Assembly (NCBI GenBank): GCA_050115495.1
Contig: JASFQK010000011.1
Location: forward strand, 64,001-128,000
Origin: Phycisphaerae bacterium
GTDB taxonomy: Bacteria; Planctomycetota; Phycisphaerae; UBA1845; Fen-1342
Direction: 5' to 3'
DNA length: 64,000 bases
In this document: one piece after another, positions 38,601 through 46,363 of the stretch
Layout: the number at the start of each line of letters is the position of its first letter
How positions within the stretch are numbered: the stretch's first letter is position 1
Made by a program: the position numbers and the translations under genes
The notes under the pieces: model-generated
Told to the model about the DNA's origin: nothing
The model's database searches: none
Seen by the model: the letters and a program-made list of their open reading frames with translations, nothing else

Positions 38601-38737
38601 GATTCGATGATCATGATTTCTTCGTCGAGCCCCTGGCGTTTGATCGCCGTCCGCAGGGCCTCGCCGACCTCCAGGGCCCCGGAGGCGATGCAGCCGCCGC
38701 CCGTGCAGAGGAGGATGTGCGTTCTGATATTACTCAT
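35684..38737 (-). CDS. HydB/NuoF-like flavin subunit fused to a GltD/NfnB-like FAD-NADPH domain
   Basis: GLRGRGGAGF, NGDEGDPGAFMDR, GGPSGG and SCGKCPPCR, then PCQSACP, GAGPAG, GGGNAAID, YRRT and GGDAV. Confidence 0.95.
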   Translation of the reverse strand: MSNIRTHILLCTGGGCIASGALEVGEALRTAIKRQGLDEEIMIIESGCLGPCAAGPVAVVYPDGVFYQGLRPDDAAEIVEEHLLKGRVVERLVHKTIAGQTVPGLHEIGFFQKQVKIVLRNCGVIDPLKIEEYIARDGYQALGKALADMTPEQVIAEMKKSGLRGRGGAGFLTGLKWEFTRKSPGDVKYILCNGDEGDPGAFMDRSVLEGDPHSVIEGMAIAGYAIGASQGYAYIRAEYPLAVERFKKALEQAREYGLLGKNIMSRGFDFDIEVRMGSGAFVCGEETALMTSIEGNRGEPRPRPPFPAQQGLWGKPSCLNNVETFANVAPIIQKGADWFASYGTEKSRGTKVFALAGAVNNTGLVEVPIGMPLGEIIYDIGGGIPGGKRFKAAQMGGPSGGCIPKEHLNVPVDYESLNELGAIMGSGGLIVMDEDTCMVDVARFFLDFVQDESCGKCPPCRVGTKRMLEIVTRICEGHGEEGDIERLIELGNVIKDASLCGLGQTAPNPVLSTIRYFRDEYEAHIRDKHCPAGVCAALTRAPCQSACPASVDVPGFVSLIGEKRYAEALSLHRNRNPFASVCARVCFHTCEDKCRRGSLDEAVAIRALKRFMAEQEVTVQLPEVRESEKNAGRKIAVIGAGPAGLSCAYFLARLGYRPKVLEAEPRPGGMLVQAIPAYRLPREELAREIRMIERLGVDIETNMRLGRDFTLQSLRDEGYEAVYVAVGAPRGTQLGITGEDQEGVVDALAFLRQYNIRGSVPVGKNVVVIGGGNAAIDAARTAQRLGAESVTILYRRTRAEMPAYAEEVDEAEHEGVRIAVLVAPLELVGKKGRVTGVKCRHMVLGEFDRSGRRRPVGSSEEDFVVEADQVIAAIGQKLDTGEMLDGTKLAMNAGGFIQADPVTCKTSVDWIYAGGDAVMGPWSVVAAIGAGEKAAVSIDKTLTGAEHAFWRETKPADTTFDPDAEPVEYARAKMRTIPVNKRKNNFQEVELPWAETVAVREAHRCLRCDFGHDCHQD

Positions 38738-38762
38738 GGACGGGTATTCTCCCTGTTGTCGC

Positions 38763-39134
38763 TCAGCTCTTGATCAGGTATTCCACGACCGGCCGGCCGC
38801 GCACCACGTGCTCCCGCACGATCTCACCGATCTTGTTCTTGTCCAGCTTGCCGTAACGGAAGCTGCCGCCGGCGTTGTCCGTCAGCGTCAGCATCGGCTC
38901 CTGGTCGCACAGCCCCGCACAGCCGCTTTGCTGCACTTGCACGTTGTTCGCCTGCACCGCGGTCAGGGCGTTCATCAGCGACGTCATGATGTCACGCGCG
39001 CCGGCGGCGATGCCGCAGGTGCCCATGTGCACCGTGACCCGCATGTCCTTCTGTCCCGTCCGCAGATCCAGTTGTCCCTGGACCTCCTGCTGCATGGCCT
39101 TCAGGTCCGCCGGGCTGTTGATGCGCTTCGCCAT
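38763..39134 (-). CDS. Thioredoxin-like [2Fe-2S] ferredoxin subunit (HydD/HndB-like)
   Basis: HMGTCGIAAGA and GCAGLCDQEP motifs. Confidence 0.9.
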   Translation of the reverse strand: MAKRINSPADLKAMQQEVQGQLDLRTGQKDMRVTVHMGTCGIAAGARDIMTSLMNALTAVQANNVQVQQSGCAGLCDQEPMLTLTDNAGGSFRYGKLDKNKIGEIVREHVVRGRPVVEYLIKS

Positions 39135-39136
39135 GG

Positions 39137-39676
39137 CTACGCACTCCTCTTCTGTTCGGCCGCGTCGCCGGTGCGGTAGGGATCGAGCACGGCGTCGAGA
39201 CGGTTGGGCTTCACGCGGTGATGCACGTCGTCGTCGATCATGATGGCCGGGGCCAGGCCGCACGCCCCGAAGCAGCGCGCCACTTCGAGCGTGAACAGCC
39301 GGTCGGCGGTCGTCTCACCGACGTCGATGTTCAGCTTCTGCTTGAGCGTGTCCAGCACGCGCTTCCCGCCGCGCACGTAGCAGGCCGTTCCCAGGCACAC
39401 CCGCACCAGGTGCTTGCCCCGCGGCTTCGTCGAGAAGAACGAGTAGAAGCTCACCACGCCCGCGACCTCGCTGTAGGACTTGCCCAGTCCCAGCGCGATC
39501 CGCTTCAGAGCCACCTCGGGCAGGTACCCGAAGATGCTCTGGGCGATCTGTAGCACGGGGATGAGCGCTCCCGGCTTGTCGCGATACTCCTCCAGAACCG
39601 TGTCCAGCCGGCTGAGCAGCTCCTCCTCGGAGACCTCCTCGCCACACTGGCACTGCACTTTCTCGTCTTGCGCCAT
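39137..39676 (-). CDS. HydC/NuoE-like [2Fe-2S] subunit (cluster 2)
   Basis: LIPVLQ..GYLP, VCLGTACYVRG and CFGACGLAP motifs. Confidence 0.95.
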   Translation of the reverse strand: MAQDEKVQCQCGEEVSEEELLSRLDTVLEEYRDKPGALIPVLQIAQSIFGYLPEVALKRIALGLGKSYSEVAGVVSFYSFFSTKPRGKHLVRVCLGTACYVRGGKRVLDTLKQKLNIDVGETTADRLFTLEVARCFGACGLAPAIMIDDDVHHRVKPNRLDAVLDPYRTGDAAEQKRSA

Positions 39677-39748
39677 ACTCAACTCCAGATTGCTCTGCCG
39701 CGGAAACCTCGATTACGAAGATCGCCGCTGGCGACCCGGGCGACGCCC

Positions 39749-40315
39749 TCAGCGGAGGACGTCCGTCGCCGCCAGCGCCGCTTCGATCAACCGTCCAACC
39801 TCTTGCGCGACGGCCAGTCCGCCGCGCTCCCGGCCGATCGTCTCGGCCAGTTCCTTCACGTTTATCTGCCACTCCTGCTCGCCTGCGGCCTGGCCATTCT
39901 GGCCGCCCACCCGCAGGCGGAAGCGGAAGTCTATCTCCGGGCTCGTGCACACCACAGACGACAGCGTCGCCGCCAGGTCACCCAGCGGTGTCCGGTCCAC
40001 GTGCGTCAGGCCCAACTCCGCCCGGACCGCCGTCCCGCCCAGGTCCGACCGTCCGATCGTCAGGTCGCCGCCGCTGGCCGCCGCCGCTGCCCGAAACAGC
40101 GCCAGTCCCAGCCCCGTTCGTTTGCCCTGTTTCGTCGTGTAGAACGGGTCGAGGGCATCATCCGGCGACACCTTCAGCCCGCGACCGTCGTCCTCGATCT
40201 CGATCCGCAGCCGGTCTTCCCGCGGCAGTGCCTCGACCGTGACCGTGATCACCTTCGCTTCCGCCCGTAGCGAGTTCTCGATCAGGTCCAGGATGTGCAG
40301 CGACAGCTCACGCAA
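39749..40315 (-). CDS. Stand-alone HATPase (histidine-kinase-like ATP-binding) protein
   Basis: ELSLHILDLIENS, DDGRG, DPFYTTK and GLGL motifs; TTG start inferred. Confidence 0.88.
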   Translation of the reverse strand: MRELSLHILDLIENSLRAEAKVITVTVEALPREDRLRIEIEDDGRGLKVSPDDALDPFYTTKQGKRTGLGLALFRAAAAASGGDLTIGRSDLGGTAVRAELGLTHVDRTPLGDLAATLSSVVCTSPEIDFRFRLRVGGQNGQAAGEQEWQINVKELAETIGRERGGLAVAQEVGRLIEAALAATDVLR

Positions 40316-41051
40316 CGCGCACCTCCCGTTTGCCGTTGCCACGCATCGCCTGCACCAGCTCCGCGAACGTCGGCGCCTCCATCACCAGCGTCGTCTGCAC
40401 GCTGCCGATGTCGCCGAGGTAGTGGCTGTCCGACGACGCCACCACCGCCAGTCCCAATGCCGCCACCGCCTCCGGCAGGGCTTTCGCCGCTCCGCCGGCC
40501 GGCGTGAAGACCTCGATGGCGTCAAAGCCGGCGTCCGCCGGGAAGACGCCCAGTTGACTCAACACGCTGAACGACGGCCGGTTCACGTGAGCCGCCAGCG
40601 CCAGCCCGTCGTGCTCGTGGATCAGCCGGACCGCCGCCGGCAGATCCAGCCCCGACGCCACCGCCAGCAGCCGCTTCTCGCGGCCGACGGCTCGCCCCGC
40701 GGCGTCCATCAGCACCTGCGACCCAAACTGCTGCTCATCGCCGGCGCTCGCTACCGGCAGCGTGCCGAGCACCTCGCTCGCCGCGGCCTCCGCCGACTTC
40801 ACGTCGGGGAAGAGCCCTAGCACGTGGCATTCCTCGACCGTCGTGATTTCCATACCGGCGACGACCGACAACCGCTCGCCCGCCGCCTCCTGCGTCGCCG
40901 CCGTGTTACCGGCCGCGTTGTGGTCGCAGATGGCGATCATGGCCAACCCGCGGTCTACGGCAGCCTGCACGATCGCCGGCGGAGTCATCTCCTCCGACGC
41001 ACAGGGCGACAGCGCCGTGTGGATGTGCAGATCGGCCGCGAACGTCTTCAC
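40308..41051 (-). CDS. PHP domain phosphoesterase
   Basis: DLHIHT, ICDHN, GMEI, AHVNR and SSDSH motifs. Confidence 0.92.
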   Translation of the reverse strand: MKTFAADLHIHTALSPCASEEMTPPAIVQAAVDRGLAMIAICDHNAAGNTAATQEAAGERLSVVAGMEITTVEECHVLGLFPDVKSAEAAASEVLGTLPVASAGDEQQFGSQVLMDAAGRAVGREKRLLAVASGLDLPAAVRLIHEHDGLALAAHVNRPSFSVLSQLGVFPADAGFDAIEVFTPAGGAAKALPEAVAALGLAVVASSDSHYLGDIGSVQTTLVMEAPTFAELVQAMRGNGKREVRVA

Positions 41052-41398
41052 CGGCGAGGTCCTCGCAACCCGAGCTCGTACATCTGGCCCGCGATGTCGA
41101 ACGCGGTATCGTCCGATACGAACAGCGCGATGCCTTCCTCGATCGCCTTGGCCCGCACAGCGTCGTCCGGTTTGCGACCCATGGCGAAGACCACCGCGGT
41201 CAGACCCGCGTGCAGGGCGACCGCGATCACGTTCAGGTGCACCTGAACCGTCACCAGCACCCCGTCCGCCGGCGCGTGCGCCAGCACGTCACTCAGCAGA
41301 TCCGACGCATACCCGCCGGCGACGGTCTTCGTGTCGACCGCCACCTCGGGTGTCAAGGTCTGCCAGTCGAGCCGTTCGGCCAGCATTTTCAGGTTCAT
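41048..41398 (-). CDS. DRTGG domain protein
   Basis: GGYASDLLSDVLA..VLVT pattern; typical position in hyd regulatory clusters. Confidence 0.8.
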   Translation of the reverse strand: MNLKMLAERLDWQTLTPEVAVDTKTVAGGYASDLLSDVLAHAPADGVLVTVQVHLNVIAVALHAGLTAVVFAMGRKPDDAVRAKAIEEGIALFVSDDTAFDIAGQMYELGLRGPRR

Positions 41399-42957
41399 TC
41401 GGCCTTCTCCTTCTTCCGCTCACCGCGTGGACACGCATCGCGGTCCGCCCGCCCCAGCACGATGTCTTCCGCCAGAGCGGCACACGTCGGCGCCCCGCAC
41501 TGCCCACAATCGTCCCCGGGCAGACTGCGGGCCAGCCGGTCGATCCGGGCGAGCTTCTGCACCGCCTTGGCCATGTCGTCGTCCAGCCGCAAACCCGGTC
41601 GCGGCGTACGCTCAGCCGTTCGTCGTTGGGCCTTTGCCTCTCCGTCCGGCGTTGCCGCGGCATGATGCCACCGGCGGGAACCGAGGTACGCATCGGCGGC
41701 CAGCAGCGGCGATCCGAAGCAGCCTTCGTCGCACGCCCACGGTTCGATAATCTCGACGTCTTCGGCCAGACCGTCTTCGACGTCGTCCAGGACGCGGAGC
41801 ACGTGTTGCAGGCCGGTGACCCGCATCACGCCGTTCTCGTCCGTCGTCGGCGTGGCCGCCACGTACGCCGCCGCCGGCTGCTCCTCGGTATGCTTGCCCG
41901 TCAGCCGCGGCATCACGGCTGCCCGCAGCGCCGCGGGCGAAACGACCTCCACCCCATCTCCGACCACCAGTGTCCGCTGAGCCGGGCAGCTCACCACGCA
42001 GACGACGCGCTCGCCCTTGAGCGTCGCCCGCAACGCCACCACCGCCGTATCAAACGGCGCTACGTGCGGCAGCAATCCCGGGAACCGCGTCTCAATCAGG
42101 TTGACCACGGCCGGACACGCCGGCGAGATCACCGGCCAACCCGCGGCCTCGGTCTTCGCGTACTCGACGACCGCCTGCCGCAGGGCCACTTCCCAGCCGG
42201 CGGTAACGCGCACGTCCCGGAAACCCAGTTGCCGAATTTCGTTCAGCACGGCCGCTGGGTCAGCATCAGCGCCAAACTGCGCCAGACTCTCGGCAGAAAC
42301 CACCAAAACGGCGTCTTTCGCGGTCGGCAACGCGTCCCCCAACCCCGTCACGCCCATCGTTCCCGTCGGACACCCGGCGATGCACGCCGTGCAGTCGATG
42401 CACAGGTAGTCCAGCACGTCCGGTCGCCCGCGGAACACCCGTACCGCCTGCGTCGGACAGGCGTGCAGGCAGCGCAGACTTTGCCGGCAACGCTCGGGCG
42501 CCACGTGCAGCGAATGCCGCCCGACGCCGTACAGGGCAGGGGGGCGAAGCGACAGGCCGAAGCACAGCTGCGTGCCTTTGCCCGGCGTCGATTCGATCGT
42601 GAACGAATCCGCACTCTTTCGGATATTGGGCAGACCCATGCCCGCCCCGAAACCGAGCTGCCGCGCCTCGGCGCTGGCCGTCGAGAAGCCTTCGCGCAGG
42701 GCTTGCTCGACGTTCGGGATGCCGGGCCCCGTGTCCGCCACCTCGACCTCGAGATGTCCGTTATCGAGCACGGCGCTCAGGTGGCCGCGATGGGCGTGGA
42801 TGACGACGTTCATCTCGGCTTCGTACGCCGCGATCATCGCCCGCCGGAGCACCGCTGGATCTGCGCCGACCCGCTTGAGCTGCTCCTTGAGCGCACGAGA
42901 TGCGCGGCCCCCGCGCTCATAGTCGCCGCCCTCAATCTCGTAGCGGAACGTCGGCAT
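41395..42957 (-). CDS. RsbT/RsbW-like Ser/Thr kinase fused to a degenerate [FeFe]-hydrogenase-like domain and Fe-S domain
   Basis: YEAEMNVVIHA, DTGPGI and GFGAGMGLPN; 2x4Fe-4S; SPACP, SCPAQ and EPWACDEGCFG; C-terminal DCGQCGAPTC..CP. Confidence 0.88.
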   Translation of the reverse strand: MPTFRYEIEGGDYERGGRASRALKEQLKRVGADPAVLRRAMIAAYEAEMNVVIHAHRGHLSAVLDNGHLEVEVADTGPGIPNVEQALREGFSTASAEARQLGFGAGMGLPNIRKSADSFTIESTPGKGTQLCFGLSLRPPALYGVGRHSLHVAPERCRQSLRCLHACPTQAVRVFRGRPDVLDYLCIDCTACIAGCPTGTMGVTGLGDALPTAKDAVLVVSAESLAQFGADADPAAVLNEIRQLGFRDVRVTAGWEVALRQAVVEYAKTEAAGWPVISPACPAVVNLIETRFPGLLPHVAPFDTAVVALRATLKGERVVCVVSCPAQRTLVVGDGVEVVSPAALRAAVMPRLTGKHTEEQPAAAYVAATPTTDENGVMRVTGLQHVLRVLDDVEDGLAEDVEIIEPWACDEGCFGSPLLAADAYLGSRRWHHAAATPDGEAKAQRRTAERTPRPGLRLDDDMAKAVQKLARIDRLARSLPGDDCGQCGAPTCAALAEDIVLGRADRDACPRGERKKEKAE

Positions 42958-42972
42958 CAGTCGGGTCCGCTC

Positions 42973-43308
42973 TTACGCTCCAAGGCACTTGTAAAGGCGA
43001 CCGCACGTCTCGAAAAGCCCGCACGGCGAAACCAGCACCTGCGTGCCATGTTCGCTGGCGGCGGCCAGCATCGCCTCATCCGGCTGCTGCCCGTTGACCA
43101 GGCAGATCCCCGGAATGTCCATCAGCTCGGCGACGCGCAGCAGGTGACTGCTCGCCAGGTTGGTCACCAGCAGCGTGTGTTCGCCGGCCGCCGCCAGCAG
43201 GTCGCTGATGCGGTCGCCCGCGTAGACCTGGTCGATGCTGACCCGCGCCCCGTTGGGCTGGCCATGCACCCGGGCTCCGATTCTGACTGCCAATTCTTCG
43301 AGCTTCAT
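42973..43308 (-). CDS. DRTGG domain protein
   Basis: YAGDRISDLLA..LLVTNL..FETCGRLY pattern. Confidence 0.8.
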   Translation of the reverse strand: MKLEELAVRIGARVHGQPNGARVSIDQVYAGDRISDLLAAAGEHTLLVTNLASSHLLRVAELMDIPGICLVNGQQPDEAMLAAASEHGTQVLVSPCGLFETCGRLYKCLGA

Positions 43309-43551
43309 CCTGTCACCCGAGGTCTTGCGGCCGGGCGGGCCGGTTACACGTTTTGGTGCGGATTTCGGTCGAGAACGCGCGCAGCAACCAAGACGGCTTG
43401 CGCCAATACAGACTGGCAAGCGGCGGGCCAGACGCCGTCGGAGTGGCGCAGTTACCGGCGGCGACGGGCCGGGATACCACGGACCCTGATGAACATGTTT
43501 ACCGCTGTGAAACCGCGACGAACAGTCAGGACCCGCGCCAGTCAGTTCACA

Positions 43552-43569
43552 CTGTTACGATCGTCACAG
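43552..43569. promoter_or_regulatory. Putative Rex operator upstream of the DRTGG-hyd2 operon
   Basis: CTGTGAC-GATC-GTAACAG (minus strand) resembles TTGTGAA-N4-TTCACAA; weaker site at 43487-43504. Confidence 0.6.
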
Positions 43570-43710
43570 TGAGTTGAAAACGGGCACAGCGGCAAATCAC
43601 CAGCATCGACCGGGACCTAACACAGTGTGCAACGCGGAAGACCGGTATATCAATCGGCGTTCTACCGCCGATCTGTGCGAGCCGCACGCGCCGGCAGTAG
43701 AGCTTTCGCT

Positions 43711-44940
43711 CTATCGCCGCGCGTTTCGCCACACCTCGAGCGCCGCCGGGAAGGGGCCCAAAGCCCGCTCGAAGATGCCGAGCGAGTAGGCGATGGCCAG
43801 GCCGTAGTTGGTTATGGGCACTCCGGCCCGCTGGCAGTGCAGGATGCGCGAGAGCATCTCCCGCCGATTCTGCACGCAACCGCCGCAGTGCACGACGAGC
43901 CGGTACTCGCCGAGGTCCGCGGGGAAGTCGTGGCCCTGCATGGTGGTGAAGTCGAGCCGCCCGCCGACGTACTGCATCAGCCAGCGGGGGATTTTCACGC
44001 GCCCGATGTCGTCGACGATCGGATGGTGCGAGCAGGCCTCGGCGATCAGCACGCGATCACCGGGGCGGAGCGATTCGATCGCCAGCGCTCCGCGCACGAG
44101 CTCGGTCAGATCGCCCTTGAACCGCGCGAAGAGGATGGAGAACGACGTCATCGGCACCGCCGGCGGCGTGTCGGCGGCGACTTTGAGGAATGCTTGTGAA
44201 TCTGTAACGACGATGGCGGGTGGGCGCTTGAGGCGATCGAGGGCGTCGCGCAGCTCGCGCTCCTTCACCACCATGCAGTACGAGTCGTTGTCGAGCAGGT
44301 CGCGGATCGTTTGCACTTGGGGCAGGATCAGCCGGCCCTTCGGGGCCTCCTTGTCGATCGGTACGACCAGAACGGCGGCTTCGCCCGGCGGAACCAGGTC
44401 GCCGATGATCGTCGGCGTGTTGATGAGCTCGTCGGGGGCGGAGCGGATGAGGGCCTCGCGCACTTCGAGCACGCCCTCGCCGCGACTGGCGACCGTCTGG
44501 ACGACGCGGAGCTTTTTCTCTTCGAGCCGGCCGGCGACCTGCGGGTCGGGCGGGGCGAGGTCGGTCTTGTTGAACACGACGATGACGGGCACTGAGCGGC
44601 CGGTCAGTTCCTGGACGAGTCCGTCTTCGAACTCGCCCCAGCGTCCGGCTTCGGCGACGACGATGCCGACGTCCGTGCGGTCAAAGACGCGTCGCGTCCG
44701 CTCGATCCGCATGTCGCCGAGCGCCCCGTTGTCGTCGATGCCGGCGGTGTCGATGAACAGCACCGGCCCGATCGGCAGCATCTCCATCGGCTTCTCAACC
44801 GGATCGGTCGTCGTCCCGGCGGTGTCGGAGACGATCGACACATCCTGCCGCGTCAGCGCATTGAGCAGCGACGATTTCCCAACGTTCCGCCGGCCGAAGA
44901 GGCCGATGTGCATCCGCATTCCGCGTGGGGTGGTTTGCAT
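43711..44940 (-). CDS. hydF: [FeFe]-hydrogenase maturation GTPase
   Basis: GRRNVGKSS, GTTTD, DTAG, NKTD, EACSHH and HCGGC motifs. Confidence 0.97.
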   Translation of the reverse strand: MQTTPRGMRMHIGLFGRRNVGKSSLLNALTRQDVSIVSDTAGTTTDPVEKPMEMLPIGPVLFIDTAGIDDNGALGDMRIERTRRVFDRTDVGIVVAEAGRWGEFEDGLVQELTGRSVPVIVVFNKTDLAPPDPQVAGRLEEKKLRVVQTVASRGEGVLEVREALIRSAPDELINTPTIIGDLVPPGEAAVLVVPIDKEAPKGRLILPQVQTIRDLLDNDSYCMVVKERELRDALDRLKRPPAIVVTDSQAFLKVAADTPPAVPMTSFSILFARFKGDLTELVRGALAIESLRPGDRVLIAEACSHHPIVDDIGRVKIPRWLMQYVGGRLDFTTMQGHDFPADLGEYRLVVHCGGCVQNRREMLSRILHCQRAGVPITNYGLAIAYSLGIFERALGPFPAALEVWRNARR

Positions 44941-45044
44941 ATGAGTATGATAGCGGGGAATCGGGGGTTGCCGAGAAGGTGGTGGTCGGGCTCTGTACCG
45001 GACGTGTTACCGCAGCGGTTCCCGGCGCGCCGGGATGCCGACCG

Positions 45045-45740
45045 TCTTCAGCCCGCGGAGCGGGCGATGGGATGTAGCCCCGGGTGAGCGAGCGGCCGCA
45101 CAGCGGCTGATCGCGAAACCCGGGGGAAACGGCCGGCCTGCGTCCCAACCCGCGCAGCGGGTGACGGAAGGCGGTGCGGGACGTATGACCGGCGATGCGT
45201 TCCGTCGCCCGCTTCGCGGGCTGAAGAGGGGTTGACGATGCGCGTGTCCCCGGGTTCCGTCCGCCGGTTGCGATGCATCGTGGGAGCGGTCGTCGATGGC
45301 GGCAAGGGATCTGTCGCGCATTTCGCGCTCGCTCGCCGGCGGACTCCACCCGGGGCTAGATTCCGCGGTCCCTGCGGGACCAGTGGGCTTGCGAGCTCTG
45401 TGTCGGCGGTTGGACGTTGAAGAGCACACGCGAGGCACGCTCTGTCCGAGCCGCGACCGGTAGGGAGCTGGTTGCGGGGTGTGGGGCTGTTTTTGCGGAT
45501 GACCGCCTCGCTGCCGCTCGGGGCTCGGATGGGCAGCCGGCCCTGTGCGGGGCGATGGACTTCGTGGCCGATGTTGAACGCCGACGGACGCCCAGCTTGC
45601 GCGCGGCGGGCGGGCGCGGTTCGCAGGCCGCAGCGCTCAGTCGTCCCGACGGGACTGGGAGGAGAGAGAGGGGGACTCTGCCGCCATGGTCCCAGCACTT
45701 CGTACTGGGCTACAATCAGCCGTCCCCTTCGGGGACTGAA
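45045..45740. repeat. Cluster of REP/REPIN-like palindromic elements
   Basis: 22/23-nt inverted pair 45045-45067 / 45205-45227; inverted tagccccgggtg pair; inverted ccgagccgcg-type pair near 45445-45528; gtcccgacgggac, cccagcacttcgtactggg and gtccccttcggggac hairpins. Confidence 0.72.
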
Positions 45741-45840
45741 GGTGCAGGGCGGGCCCGGTGCCTCGGTGTCAGCAAGAGGCCGGATCGGCGCGGGCTCGCG
45801 CGGGTGGACAGCGCATGTCCCATCGTTTTGGAGGTACCCG

Positions 45841-46347
45841 GTGAGAAGCAGAATCACGCCTGAGAAGGTCGCGAGCGCGAAGTCTAACGACGAGTTGTTC
45901 GAGTTGCTCTCTGACGAGCTTGATCGGCTGAATCCGAAGGGCCCGAGAGCGGACGACGAGTTTGTCGCAGAACTCAGGCGGCTGCCGCGCGGTCTCCGTG
46001 CGATGGCGGCCACCTATGAGCTCGACGTATCGATGACACTTGACGACATCGGGTGGCATTTCGGGAACTGGCACCACAAGAGCCTTGCCAAGGAGACTCT
46101 CGCCGGACTGACAGAGCTCGGTGCGAGGGAGTTGGCCAGCCTCTTTCGCCAAGCGTTCCTGCTGGCTCAGGAGTATTGGGTTGAGCTGGACCGGGAGGAT
46201 TGGTCCGAATGGTACCCCGATTCGCCACTTGCGCAGGCGGTCGCCCCGCTCAACGAAGCTGCCTGGGCCATCCTCGAACCCAGGGACAGGGGCATAATGG
46301 GCTACTGGCTCGAATACGCCCGCAAGCACCCGGAACGGCTTCGATAG
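45841..46347 (+). CDS. DMP19/DUF4375-like acidic helical protein
   Basis: GGAGGT RBS before GTG; WHFGN..LAGLTELGA..YARKHPE pattern; visibly more A/T-ending codons than its neighbours. Confidence 0.68.
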   Translation: MRSRITPEKVASAKSNDELFELLSDELDRLNPKGPRADDEFVAELRRLPRGLRAMAATYELDVSMTLDDIGWHFGNWHHKSLAKETLAGLTELGARELASLFRQAFLLAQEYWVELDREDWSEWYPDSPLAQAVAPLNEAAWAILEPRDRGIMGYWLEYARKHPERLR

Positions 46348-46363
46348 GGCGGGCCGTTCGGCG

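Noticed and set aside
35684..39676. Respiratory complex I (nuoEFG) or glutamate synthase annotation
   Set aside because: The adjacent subunit has intact H-cluster motifs, and there are no membrane nuo genes or gltB
43416..43430. Sigma54-like TGGC-N7-TTGC upstream of the DRTGG operon (minus strand)
   Set aside because: Spacing fits, but it is a short match in GC-rich DNA and no sigma54 activator is in the window
33919..43572. Long plus-strand ORFs (688, 693 and 936 aa), also 51819-54017
   Set aside because: Antisense shadows of well-supported minus-strand genes, expected at high GC
45472..45840. N-terminal extension of the DMP19-like ORF and other ORFs in 45000-45840
   Set aside because: They run through palindromic repeats and give low-complexity Arg/Pro/Gly translations
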